64,000 nt of DNA from IMG/VR virus record IMGVR_UViG_3300042914_004291, positions 64,001 to 128,000 of that record; one strand, given 5' to 3'. The notes beneath the pieces are model-generated. The model saw nothing but the letters and a program-made list of their open reading frames with translations, had not been told where the DNA came from and ran no database searches. Positions 39,470 to 49,190 of this stretch are shown here, piece by piece (the stretch's first letter is position 1; each line of letters begins with the position of its first letter). A program made the position numbers and the translations under genes. This DNA is from a virus.

Positions 39470-41123
39470 AACTACAAAGAAAACCACCGAAGATCTAGAT
39501 GGAGTTGTGTTTGGTTCCGTTGCAACTGATGGAATGATGGCCGGGGCACGGAAACTCTATCATGCAGTCGGGTCAACGATGGGTCCAAAGGGAAAGAATG
39601 TTATCATTGATAACGGTGTCACTGCACCCCTGATCACAAAAGACGGCGTCACTGTGGCTAGATCGATCAACCTGAAAGACAAGCTCGAAAGTATTGGCGC
39701 AAACCTTATCAAAGAAGTTGCTGCGAAAACAAACGAAGCTGCCGGAGATGGTACAACGACTGCAACTGTCTTGGCTTACAATTTACTACAATCTGGTCTG
39801 AAGATGAAAGCTTCAGGTCGATTGACTTCGGATCTTCAGAAAGGCATTGAATGGGCAACAAAGACAGTGATTGATGACCTGACTCGCGGTGCGATTCAAA
39901 TCGCTGGCGATCGTGAATCAATCATTAACGTTGGCCAAATCTCATCCCGGGATCGATCTGTTGGAGAGCTGATTGCTGACGCTGTAGAGAAGGTAGGTCC
40001 AAATGGTCTGATCACGATTGAACCTGCAAAGAGCACTAAGACTACACTCGAAGTGACGGATGGTTTGGAGCTTTCAAACGGCTATGTCTCGCCTTATTTT
40101 GTCACAAACCAAGAGAAACTCACGGCCGAACTAAACAACTGTTTGATTCTTGTGACTACCCAGAAGATCTCTACGATGAAAGATATCTTGAGGGTTCTGG
40201 AGGCTATTCAGACCGCCAGCAAAAGTCTCTTGATTGTCGCTGATGACATCGAGGGTGAGGCGCTGCATGCTCTGATCGTCAACAAAACAAACAAGATCAT
40301 CAAAGTTTGTGCTATTAAAGCACCGGCTTTTGGTGAACATCGCCACGAGCTCCTCTCTGACCTCGCTTTGGTCACAGGTGCCACGTTGATTGATTCCGGG
40401 TTCAGTAAACCGCTCTCGTCGGTTGGTAGCGCGGAACTTGGAGCTTGCAACAAAGTAACTGTTAGCAAGAGCAACACAATCATTGTTTCCGATGTTAGAA
40501 ACGAGGCCGTAAGAGCCAGGATTGCTACGCTTGAGAGTGCCATTGATCATGCTAGGAAAAACCCTGGATCTCTGAGTGATGATAAGTTTGAACAGCTCAA
40601 AACGCGGCTTGCTAAATTGTCTGGCGGTGTTGCTGTGGTCAAAGTTGGAGGATCTACTGAAGTAGAACTCTTTGAGAAAAAGGATCGTGTAGAAGATGCT
40701 CTGAATGCTACACTTGCTGCTGTTCAAGAAGGAATTCATGCTGGGGGTGGAACTGCACTATGCCTGAACGCGTTTAAATTGTCAAAGAGGCTCCCAGAAC
40801 TCTCTAAAACAAGATCAGATGATTTCTGTTCTGGTGTGAGAGTTGTGATTGAAGCATGCCAAGCTCCATTGAAAACAATTGTGAGTAATGCTGGTAACAG
40901 TCCGGACGTTGTCCTTGCACAGCTAGAAACAAATTTCAACAATGACATAGCTGAGATGGCTGGGTATGGCTTCAACGCAGGAACAGGCGTGTTCTGCAAC
41001 CTGATTGAATCCGGAGTGATTGACCCAGTCAAAGTAACGCGGCTAGCCCTCGAATATGCAAGTTCAGTTGCACAGCTATTGCTCACAACTGAGTGTGTCG
41101 TGTTTGATGCTGGGAATGAATGA
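39450..41123 (+). CDS. groEL: phage-encoded chaperonin GroEL
   Basis: TMGPKGKNV, ITKDGVTVA, AGDGTTTATVLA, KAPAFG, KKDRVEDA and IDPVKV motifs; start may be ATG 39459. Confidence 0.95.
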   Translation: MMYMKTETTKKTTEDLDGVVFGSVATDGMMAGARKLYHAVGSTMGPKGKNVIIDNGVTAPLITKDGVTVARSINLKDKLESIGANLIKEVAAKTNEAAGDGTTTATVLAYNLLQSGLKMKASGRLTSDLQKGIEWATKTVIDDLTRGAIQIAGDRESIINVGQISSRDRSVGELIADAVEKVGPNGLITIEPAKSTKTTLEVTDGLELSNGYVSPYFVTNQEKLTAELNNCLILVTTQKISTMKDILRVLEAIQTASKSLLIVADDIEGEALHALIVNKTNKIIKVCAIKAPAFGEHRHELLSDLALVTGATLIDSGFSKPLSSVGSAELGACNKVTVSKSNTIIVSDVRNEAVRARIATLESAIDHARKNPGSLSDDKFEQLKTRLAKLSGGVAVVKVGGSTEVELFEKKDRVEDALNATLAAVQEGIHAGGGTALCLNAFKLSKRLPELSKTRSDDFCSGVRVVIEACQAPLKTIVSNAGNSPDVVLAQLETNFNNDIAEMAGYGFNAGTGVFCNLIESGVIDPVKVTRLALEYASSVAQLLLTTECVVFDAGNE

Positions 41124-41155
41124 TAAACGAACAGAACTAAAAGGAAACAACAATA

Positions 41156-41506
41156 ATGGCTAACGGCGACAGAGTAATCATAGGCAAGAACATCTCACAA
41201 GGCATTCACGGTTACGACCCAAAGATCACGGTACCTGTGTATGAAATTGAACATCGCAATGGCGTTGCAGTTCTTGATGACAAAGGGTGTGGTATCAGCA
41301 AAATGATTGGAGGAGCAACTGGAGGCTCTGTTGGAACAATTGAAGGACTTGCTGTTCCAGTGCATCGATCAACTTTGAGAGAAGCAACCGTTGGACATGC
41401 TGCATCTTCTGGCGGCTTGGATGCTGTGTATCTGATCCCTGTTAGATTTGATAATTACCAGAAGGTTGCCTATGTCTATTCACAAAACTTAAGAGTCACT
41501 AGCTGA
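41156..41506 (+). CDS. hypothetical protein, possible divergent co-chaperonin
   Basis: Follows groEL; GroES-like size and N-terminal GDRVII only. Confidence 0.55.
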   Translation: MANGDRVIIGKNISQGIHGYDPKITVPVYEIEHRNGVAVLDDKGCGISKMIGGATGGSVGTIEGLAVPVHRSTLREATVGHAASSGGLDAVYLIPVRFDNYQKVAYVYSQNLRVTS

Positions 41507-41629
41507 GAAGCTTTTCTAGTAGTGATTTCTACGCTCCCAGACCCTGTACTAATATACTCTTAGTATCTTACTAGTATACCCCATACTCTTCTTCTTCTTC
41601 TCTTGCTCGGATAGGGTAGGGAACTAGGA

Positions 41630-41956
41630 GTGGAAGGAATGATGATGCAACAGAAGAATAAAAGAACACCACAAGTAGACCAGTTATCCTTCACTCTCAC
41701 ATATCAACTTATCAAAGCAACAGAAGAGTTGCTCGATGATGTTTTATCGGCCGGATATGAAGGATATGTGAAGATCATTGCTAACATCGATCATGAGAAC
41801 CGTTCGAAAGCGCCTGTTCTGTTGGATGTTCGCCTTGAAAAGCTTGGATCCAAGGTCGAGTGGAGCGTGGAAAGGCTCAGAAAGTCCTGCTCGGAAGCAA
41901 ATTGTGCCGTGTTTGACATAGTCCAAGGCAAAGGATGCAAGCGCATTGCTGTTTAA
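41630..41956 (+). CDS. hypothetical protein
   Basis: 108 aa ORF with a purine-rich RBS region. Confidence 0.6.
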   Translation: MEGMMMQQKNKRTPQVDQLSFTLTYQLIKATEELLDDVLSAGYEGYVKIIANIDHENRSKAPVLLDVRLEKLGSKVEWSVERLRKSCSEANCAVFDIVQGKGCKRIAV

Positions 41957-41957
41957 C

Positions 41958-41986
41958 TTGACTCGCTTCACTGATCATTCTATGAT
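41958..41986 (+). promoter_or_regulatory. sigma70-type promoter of the primase/SbcCD operon
   Basis: TTGACT-N17-TATGAT; GTG start lies 6 nt downstream. Confidence 0.65.
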
Positions 41987-41992
41987 TGTCTA

Positions 41993-43021
41993 GTGCTAAC
42001 AACAGATACCATCGGCAACAGGCTTTTTTTCTTGGAGCGCGCTCTAGGCCAAAAACAAAGCAAGAACACAACCAACCCAACATTTGTTTGCCCATGGTGC
42101 GCAGAGAAACTCCTAGGAACAAAAAAGAAATTCACAGTCCGGACAGACAACTGGCTCACACACTGCTGGGTTTGCGGCTACAAGTCACGCAACATCGGTG
42201 AGACGCTTGCAAGGTTTCGCCCAGACCTCCTAGGAGAATATACAGCGGCTTTCTTGGGTTCGGATGGGTCTTTGGCCGTCCTGGACGAAAACGGGCACCA
42301 CAAATTCTCCTGGAATGATCAATCAAATGTTTTTGAGTCCGGGACTCACCAGTTGCCGGAGGGGTATATGTTCCTGGGCGAGATCATGCACTGGCAGCGA
42401 GGTTGTGCTGAGGGTGTCATGACTGATGCTTTGAATTATTGCAGACAAAGACACTTGACTGAGACGGACGTTTGGCGTTACAAGATTGGATATTGTTTTA
42501 CTGGGAAGATGGCGGGGCGTCTGGTTGTGCCTTCGTACGATGCTACGGGCGTGATGAATTATTTTGTGGCAAGAACAGTGCGAAAGGGTATCAAACCTCC
42601 GTATGAAAATCCTGAAACACCAAAGAAACAGTTCATCTTCAACGAGATGAACATAGACTGGTCCGCTCCTGTGTGGCTTGTAGAAGGTGTGTTTGATATG
42701 TTCAAGATTCCGTCAACGAATGTTGTTCCGTTGATTGGAAAAGAGCTTGGATTTGATTATAAGCTTTTCGAGAAGTTGGTAGAACACAACACGCCTGCAA
42801 TCGTTGCATTAGACAACGATGCAAACAGAGAGCGTTTCAGAATTGCAGAGATGTTGTTTGACAGCGGAATAACTGAAATTCATACTGCTTCATGGGATGC
42901 CCGCTGGAAAGATCCCGGAGCGTTCTACAGTGCCAGCCAGTTTGCTGCGAATGTACAATTGAAACAGTTCAATGGGCTCGATTCGATGCTGGCAGAAAAA
43001 ATAAGAAGATCCTTGAGTTAA
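41993..43021 (+). CDS. DNA primase (zinc finger plus TOPRIM)
   Basis: CPWC...CWVC, GRLVVP, YFVAR, LVEGVFD, ALDND and KDPG motifs. Confidence 0.9.
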   Translation: MLTTDTIGNRLFFLERALGQKQSKNTTNPTFVCPWCAEKLLGTKKKFTVRTDNWLTHCWVCGYKSRNIGETLARFRPDLLGEYTAAFLGSDGSLAVLDENGHHKFSWNDQSNVFESGTHQLPEGYMFLGEIMHWQRGCAEGVMTDALNYCRQRHLTETDVWRYKIGYCFTGKMAGRLVVPSYDATGVMNYFVARTVRKGIKPPYENPETPKKQFIFNEMNIDWSAPVWLVEGVFDMFKIPSTNVVPLIGKELGFDYKLFEKLVEHNTPAIVALDNDANRERFRIAEMLFDSGITEIHTASWDARWKDPGAFYSASQFAANVQLKQFNGLDSMLAEKIRRSLS

Positions 43022-43024
43022 ACA

Positions 43025-46000
43025 ATGAAGATAGCACACATCTCTGACATTCACTTTCGCGGTATTGCAAGGCACAAAGAATACACAGAGTGTTTTGAAA
43101 ATCTGTTTGAAGATCTTGCAAATGAAGTTAAACCGGATTACATCGTGTGCACGGGAGACTGGTTCCACACCAAGACAGTGGCAATCACACCTGAAGTTAT
43201 TGAAAAAATAACTTGGGTGTTGCGCAAGCTTAGTAGCATTGCTCCGTTGATTGGGATTCTTGGAAACCATGATGGCAACCTTGCAAATGAAAACAGACAA
43301 GACACCATCACTCCAATTGCTAACGCAGTAGACAGCCCACGAGTCAACATCTATAAGCAAACAGGCATGTACACGATGCCCGACAACATGTTGCGTGTCT
43401 GCGTCCTGTCACCATTTGACAAGAGCAACTGGAATGAAACTCTACGAGATTTTATTTCCGGGCAATCGGATGACAAAGTTTCGATATGCTTATACCACGG
43501 TTCTGTTGTTGGTTGTTTGACGGACAGTGACTGGGTTATGACTAAAGGTGCCGAAGAGCACATGGATTACTTCTCAGGAATTGATTTCGGTTTGTTTGGT
43601 GATATTCACCAGCAACAATTTCTCTCTTTCAGAGAAGACAAGTTTGGTAATCAGAAGCCAAACGTTGCATATCCTGGAAGCATGATCCAGCAAAACTATG
43701 GCGAATCGACTGTCAAAGGGTATCTTGTTTGGGATGTCAGATCGAGAAATGACTGGGATGTGGAGTTCCGGCGCGTACACAACAGTAGCAGTTTTGTTAC
43801 GGTACAATGGCATGGCTCTGCGAATGAAACAGTCGCAGCACTCACAAAAGAGTATGGACTGAATCTTGCTGGAAAAAGCATCCGAGTCATGTCCAGGAAC
43901 ACCATATTCGACATTCAGAAGACAGATCTGACGAATCAGTTGCGCACACAATACAAGGCCACTGAGGTAGTGTTCCGGTTTGAGAAAAAGCGCGAGACTG
44001 CAACAAGCCTTTATTCTGATGGCGAGATCGAGCCGGATGATCTTTTCAACACACACAAAGCTGACGGCGGAACCGTGGCGATGATCGATGTCGTCGTCAA
44101 AGCGCTTAAGAAATATGTTGCTGACAACCAGGATGCTGTCCATGTTGTATCTGGTTCTTCAACAGAAAAAGCAATGATTGATCTCGCCACTGCCTATTAC
44201 AACAAAGTTGCTGTCAGTTCAGAGATGAAACGCGACGTTGTATGGTCGTTGAAGAACATGAACTTCAGCAACCTCTACAAGTTTGGAGAAGACAACACAA
44301 TCAACTTTTCCAGAATGCGCGGCATTACCGGAATCTTCGGCGGCAACGCCAGTGGCAAAAGCTCCATCATTGGTGCGATGATGTTCGGCTTGTTCAATAC
44401 CACTGATCGTGGGCCGGTGAAGGCAGCACACATCATCAACAGAAACAAAGCCTCTGGGAGCGCAGAGATCTTGTTCAACGTTGCTGGTACTGATTATGTT
44501 TTGCGGCGAGAAGTAACGAAGTCCAGATCCAGGAAAGGGATTGACCACGAGAAGGCTGCTGGAAAACTCTATCTTGCCAAAGTAGACCTGTCAGGCACCG
44601 AGATTGAGATAAGTTCTGAGAATGCAGAGACTAGATCTGATACCGACAAGGTTGTCCGAAACTTGATCGGTTCCTCCCAGGACTATCTCATGACTGGATT
44701 GGCCTCGCAGGGCGAGATGAATCGATTCATCAAAGAAGGCCCTACAGCAAGAAAACAAATGATATCACGATTTCTTGATCTTAGGATCTATGAAGACATC
44801 TACAAGCTAGCCAACGACGACCTCAACGTGATGAACGCAAAGACCCAGCGCTTCAGGGGTGTTGATTTTGCGGCTAGAATGATTCAGCTATGTTCAGAGC
44901 AAGAGAAGCTTTCAAACGAAGCTGATAAACTCAAAGAAGACATCGAGGCTGTCGAAGAGGAGATCACAGATACTAAGGCTTGGCTCACAGCAAACCACAG
45001 CAGCAAGATCGACAGTCTGATAGAGAAGAAACGAATCTCAGACGAAGCTTTGGCTGATCTGGAATCGAAACGAAACCGCTCAACTGTTGAACTTAGAACA
45101 CATGAGAGCAAGATTGCATCAATCGAGAAACAGCTTGAAGCAGAGATCGTACGGCTGTCCGGAATGGAGCTGGAATCCGATCTTCAAATCAAGAAAAGCA
45201 AACTTGATGGTCTGAACAGAAAGCTTGCAGATCTGGTATCGAGCGAACGAATCGGAAATGCTCTTGCCAAGAAACAAGAAGAGTCTGTGCGCAGGCTGGC
45301 TGTTGTGCCATGCGGTGATCAATATCTAGACGCCTGCAAATACATCGCAGGAGCCAATGAAGATCGTGTGCAGCTAACCAAGACAAATGAAGAGCTTACA
45401 GCGATTGTGCAGGACATGAAACTTCTGCGGCAAGAAATCTATGTGCTTGGCCAAGCTGACATTGATCAGTTGATCAAGTCCAGACAGCTAGCTGGAAGAG
45501 CAGTGGAAGATTTGCAGACCAAGCTAGCCACGGCTCTCTCTGAAAAGAGCTACAAAGAACAACTGAATGAATCGATCAACTCCAGTTTTGCCATGGCACA
45601 AACAGAGAATGAGAAGTTAAAAGAAGAGTACCAGGAGCTTTTGACCAAGATCGAAGAACTGGAATCAAAACAAGAAGAGCTGAAATCGTTGCAGCAAGAG
45701 TTGAATGATCTACGTGTTCAGTTCCAGAACAACATGAAGGCAACAGGAGCTTGCGCAAACAAGCTTGTGACTATAGAAGCAGACAAGCTAGAAGCAGAGA
45801 AACTCACAGCCGAACAGAAAATACTGGATGCTATCTGTGTTGCATTCTCTAAGAACGCCATCCCAGCAATGGTAATTCAGTCTGCACTGCCGTACATCAA
45901 TGCCGAACTGGACAACATCCTCGGCGGCGTCATTCCGTTCAGAGTATATCTCCAGACAGAAGTTGGAGACTCAAACGTACTAGACGTGATGATTGAAGAC

Positions 46001-46306
46001 GAATACTCTTCCAGGATCATTGAACTGGCTTCCGGCTATGAGAAGATGATTGCCAGCTTGGCTCTGCGTGTTGCGTTGATCAACCTTTCACGCCTACCAA
46101 AGCCAGACTTCCTTGTGATCGATGAAGGCTGGGATGTTCTTGATGAGACAAACGTTTCAAGAGCCGTAGAGCTCTTGAACGCACTCAAGACAAAGTTCAA
46201 ACACATTCTCGTGATATCACACGTCAACGCTCTCAAAGAGGCTGCTGATGATTTTATCATGATTCAATCAGGAACAGCAAACGAACCCTCCTTTGTGTCA
46301 TACTGA
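43025..46306 (+). CDS. fused Mre11/SbcD nuclease and Rad50/SbcC ATPase
   Basis: SDIH, GD-x-FH, GNHD and GDIH; Walker A GGNASGKS, coiled coil, ASGYE signature, IDEG and ISH. Confidence 0.92.
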   Translation: MKIAHISDIHFRGIARHKEYTECFENLFEDLANEVKPDYIVCTGDWFHTKTVAITPEVIEKITWVLRKLSSIAPLIGILGNHDGNLANENRQDTITPIANAVDSPRVNIYKQTGMYTMPDNMLRVCVLSPFDKSNWNETLRDFISGQSDDKVSICLYHGSVVGCLTDSDWVMTKGAEEHMDYFSGIDFGLFGDIHQQQFLSFREDKFGNQKPNVAYPGSMIQQNYGESTVKGYLVWDVRSRNDWDVEFRRVHNSSSFVTVQWHGSANETVAALTKEYGLNLAGKSIRVMSRNTIFDIQKTDLTNQLRTQYKATEVVFRFEKKRETATSLYSDGEIEPDDLFNTHKADGGTVAMIDVVVKALKKYVADNQDAVHVVSGSSTEKAMIDLATAYYNKVAVSSEMKRDVVWSLKNMNFSNLYKFGEDNTINFSRMRGITGIFGGNASGKSSIIGAMMFGLFNTTDRGPVKAAHIINRNKASGSAEILFNVAGTDYVLRREVTKSRSRKGIDHEKAAGKLYLAKVDLSGTEIEISSENAETRSDTDKVVRNLIGSSQDYLMTGLASQGEMNRFIKEGPTARKQMISRFLDLRIYEDIYKLANDDLNVMNAKTQRFRGVDFAARMIQLCSEQEKLSNEADKLKEDIEAVEEEITDTKAWLTANHSSKIDSLIEKKRISDEALADLESKRNRSTVELRTHESKIASIEKQLEAEIVRLSGMELESDLQIKKSKLDGLNRKLADLVSSERIGNALAKKQEESVRRLAVVPCGDQYLDACKYIAGANEDRVQLTKTNEELTAIVQDMKLLRQEIYVLGQADIDQLIKSRQLAGRAVEDLQTKLATALSEKSYKEQLNESINSSFAMAQTENEKLKEEYQELLTKIEELESKQEELKSLQQELNDLRVQFQNNMKATGACANKLVTIEADKLEAEKLTAEQKILDAICVAFSKNAIPAMVIQSALPYINAELDNILGGVIPFRVYLQTEVGDSNVLDVMIEDEYSSRIIELASGYEKMIASLALRVALINLSRLPKPDFLVIDEGWDVLDETNVSRAVELLNALKTKFKHILVISHVNALKEAADDFIMIQSGTANEPSFVSY

Positions 46307-46310
46307 CCAC

Positions 46311-46339
46311 TTGACAACCGTCATGAGCCATGCTAGCCT
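46311..46339 (+). promoter_or_regulatory. sigma70-type promoter
   Basis: TTGACA-N17-TAGCCT with extended TG. Confidence 0.65.
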
Positions 46340-46434
46340 CTAGAGTGTGCCCGCCGCGGTAGATGGCCTTCGCGGCAAGCACCTCTTAACAACTTCAACA
46401 AAACCCAGGCCATTAAGAAAGATAGTGAACTCAC

Positions 46435-46809
46435 ATGACACGTTTCGCACTTCGTTCATCAGCATCCGATCGCCGCCGAGCCAAGGCTCTAGAGTCCAAG
46501 AACTATTTCGAGGAGAATGTCTTCTGCGCTCAGTTGGTAAGGCGGTATTTTGCTGTGCTTCCTACCCTGGATGTGCAGTACAGTTTTGATATTGATCCGG
46601 AAACGCCTCCAACCTCTAGTTCAAACTATACCGTGAAGGCGCTCCTACAAACGATCAGTCCATATGTGAGCCCTACAGTGTATAACACACTGAAGACAGC
46701 TTGGAGTGATTATCATCTGAATGCACGTTCGAGCATCACAGCAGAATCTGTGGCGGATCAGATCAATGCCGAGGCTCGACAGGCCATGGCATATCAATAC
46801 AATGGCTGA
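46435..46809 (+). CDS. hypothetical protein
   Basis: First plausible ORF after the promoter and structured leader. Confidence 0.6.
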   Translation: MTRFALRSSASDRRRAKALESKNYFEENVFCAQLVRRYFAVLPTLDVQYSFDIDPETPPTSSSNYTVKALLQTISPYVSPTVYNTLKTAWSDYHLNARSSITAESVADQINAEARQAMAYQYNG

Positions 46810-47014
46810 AAGTCTCCCGTTCATTTGCAAGCGCTGCAAAGTCCCTCTGAATGCGAAAGAGGATGCCGAGACTGTTTCGAGTCATGGCACTTGCAAGATG
46901 TGTTTTGATCGCTGGATCAAAACAGGCCGTGAACCGGATCAACAAGAATGGGAAGAGTATATGGCAGTACGTAAGCTGAAATGGCTTAATTTCCCATCAG
47001 TCGTTGTCAACTGA
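46802..47014 (+). CDS. small zinc-finger protein
   Basis: CKRC and CKMC motifs; ATG 46802 overlaps the upstream stop region. Confidence 0.65.
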   Translation: MAESLPFICKRCKVPLNAKEDAETVSSHGTCKMCFDRWIKTGREPDQQEWEEYMAVRKLKWLNFPSVVVN

Positions 47015-47039
47015 CCATTCCTAGTTAGGCCATAATATC

Positions 47040-47492
47040 ATGGCCCTCATAGAAAACAAAGAACTCTACGATGTCTTAGCAAATATCGTCGACACCACCT
47101 TCAACTCATCCGAGCGACAGAACAACGTCTTTGTCAAACTCAAAGTGACTGATGACCAAACAATCTCTGTGATGGCACAGAGAATAGTGAACGTCCAGTC
47201 TGCTAAGTTCTACAATGAGATGCGCAAACACTACGAGGATGAGCTCGTTGAAGTCATCAACAAAACGTTAGAGAATTTAAAGACGGCTTATCTCAGAGAA
47301 GTTGAGATCAGATCAAAGCGACTCGACAAATCATCCATCGGCGCCCCTAGACATGAGAAGATCCCGGGCTCGATCAGTTTGAAATTGATCAAAGGGACTT
47401 TGCATGATGATCTAGAGTTTGTTGGAATGTCTGCTCACAGATCAAACAAACAGGCTTTCTATAAGCTTTTTGCAACAGTCGAAGTCAACTGA
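47040..47492 (+). CDS. hypothetical late protein
   Basis: TAGTTA at 47022-47027. Confidence 0.7.
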   Translation: MALIENKELYDVLANIVDTTFNSSERQNNVFVKLKVTDDQTISVMAQRIVNVQSAKFYNEMRKHYEDELVEVINKTLENLKTAYLREVEIRSKRLDKSSIGAPRHEKIPGSISLKLIKGTLHDDLEFVGMSAHRSNKQAFYKLFATVEVN

Positions 47493-47498
47493 CGGGTA

Positions 47499-49169
47499 TC
47501 ACTGTTTGTAGAGCCAACCAAACTCTTTCCGCAAGAGCATCTCATTTTCTAGTGATTGTTTTGATGTGGTGTTTGCCGCAAAACGTGCATATCCAACCTT
47601 CTTGATTCCGCCTGGAGTCGATGATCTTCCCATCCCAGCCAGCATAGCATTTGCCAATGTGCTTGAGTTGCCACTGCTAGCAGCAAACATTGAAGGTAGG
47701 TCGGCATTTGGACTGAACATCTGCAAGCCGATTGCTGCTGCCATGATCAAGTCGTCATGTTTCTTTTTCTGAGCCTGTCCGCGTTTACCGTTCCAGATGA
47801 AAGTCTCCATCTCTACTAGGAACCGTTCGGAAAAAATCCTCACTTTCTTTGTTCGGATGTTCTGTTCCATGAATTGTAAGATTCTTTCCCTGTTGTCTGG
47901 CCCCATCGTCAACCCTGGATAGATCTCAGCTTTCTCCTCTTCCGTCATTGATATCAGTTTTTCTTCGACCTCTTGAGGATAATACAGGTTTGGATACTTG
48001 ATGTTCTTCAAGGCAATGCTTGTGCTCAATCCAACACTGTTGAGCTCGTTGGCGATTTTTGCCATGTTGTATTTTCTCCCCCATTCGTCAAGAATTGCTG
48101 CGAACCTGTCAGGTGGAACTTTGCCCTGGTACTCAACCACGGCCTCAGAAGTTGTTGTATCAAAGATATAGAAGGTTGAGAAGTCCTCGGCATCGCCTCT
48201 CGCAACGTCAGCAGACAAGACGTATTCATGGCCAGGAACCGGAGTTCGCCAGACATGTGCATCTCCTGTTCTTTTATTCCCAATCATCACTGGGATGTTC
48301 AGAGCAGGAGACGTCATGATATTCCGGACATATTGAATAGACTCATCATTGAAGAAGCTCATCGAGCTACCCTCAAAGCTACAGAGCAACTCCTGAGCTA
48401 TACCTCTCTCATCCAGACCAGCGCACTGTTCCTCATACCAATCTTGTCCGCGTTCCGGATGTACGGTCCATGGAAGTTTGATTGCATGAAAACCGTTCTT
48501 GCCTTCGCCTCTGTATTGAATACCGACCTTGTTTGGCTCAGTTTCTTTTGTTTCAGCTCCTTGCCATAGAGTAAAGAAGTGGCCTTTACCTTTGGGTGTA
48601 CTGAAGATGATTGCTTTACCACCAGTAGACAAAGTGCTGAACAAACCAGTCCACAGTTCCGCAAAGTTCTCGATGTGCGCCGCCTCGTCGATCACAAGGA
48701 GTGAAAGAGCCTCAGAACGACCCGCGTCTGCTGCTGTTGGGATTGCCGTGATCTTTGAACCGTTGCTGAATTTGATGTACTTGACAGACTCGCTCTCTGG
48801 GTCTGTGATTTTCAAAGCTTCGAGCATCCACTCCGGGAGCATCTTGAACGCCACCCGGATCTTCTGGATCATGTTCTTTCCAACCTCCAGTTTGGTCGCC
48901 ATGATGCAGATGTTCACGTCCCTTTGGAATACTGCCATCCAAAGACAATAAGCCGAAGTGATCGTTGACAGCCCTAGCTGCCTGGACTTCAAGACGATGT
49001 TCTTCTTGTATTTGACAAAGCTCTCAATACATTCTTCCTGGAAAGGATAGAGGTTGAGTGGTAGTCTACCCTTGGTTGGGTGCTGGATGAAACAGTAACG
49101 TTTGATGAAATAGATTGGGTCTTTGCCACACTTGAGAATTTCTTCTACGTGTTGCTTGCGGGTCATCAT
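47499..49169 (-). CDS. terminase large subunit (T4 gp17-like)
   Basis: LYPFQ, KSRQLGLST, LVIDEAA, STP-x-G, ADVARG and HDD motifs. Confidence 0.95.
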   Translation of the reverse strand: MMTRKQHVEEILKCGKDPIYFIKRYCFIQHPTKGRLPLNLYPFQEECIESFVKYKKNIVLKSRQLGLSTITSAYCLWMAVFQRDVNICIMATKLEVGKNMIQKIRVAFKMLPEWMLEALKITDPESESVKYIKFSNGSKITAIPTAADAGRSEALSLLVIDEAAHIENFAELWTGLFSTLSTGGKAIIFSTPKGKGHFFTLWQGAETKETEPNKVGIQYRGEGKNGFHAIKLPWTVHPERGQDWYEEQCAGLDERGIAQELLCSFEGSSMSFFNDESIQYVRNIMTSPALNIPVMIGNKRTGDAHVWRTPVPGHEYVLSADVARGDAEDFSTFYIFDTTTSEAVVEYQGKVPPDRFAAILDEWGRKYNMAKIANELNSVGLSTSIALKNIKYPNLYYPQEVEEKLISMTEEEKAEIYPGLTMGPDNRERILQFMEQNIRTKKVRIFSERFLVEMETFIWNGKRGQAQKKKHDDLIMAAAIGLQMFSPNADLPSMFAASSGNSSTLANAMLAGMGRSSTPGGIKKVGYARFAANTTSKQSLENEMLLRKEFGWLYKQ

Positions 49170-49190
49170 GATGTTAGTAACAATATAACA

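Noticed and set aside
46347-46589. 80-aa ORF starting at the predicted TSS
   Set aside because: It overlaps the 46435 ORF out of frame and has no protein-like features; an RNA structure explains the leader better, though a leader peptide is not excluded.
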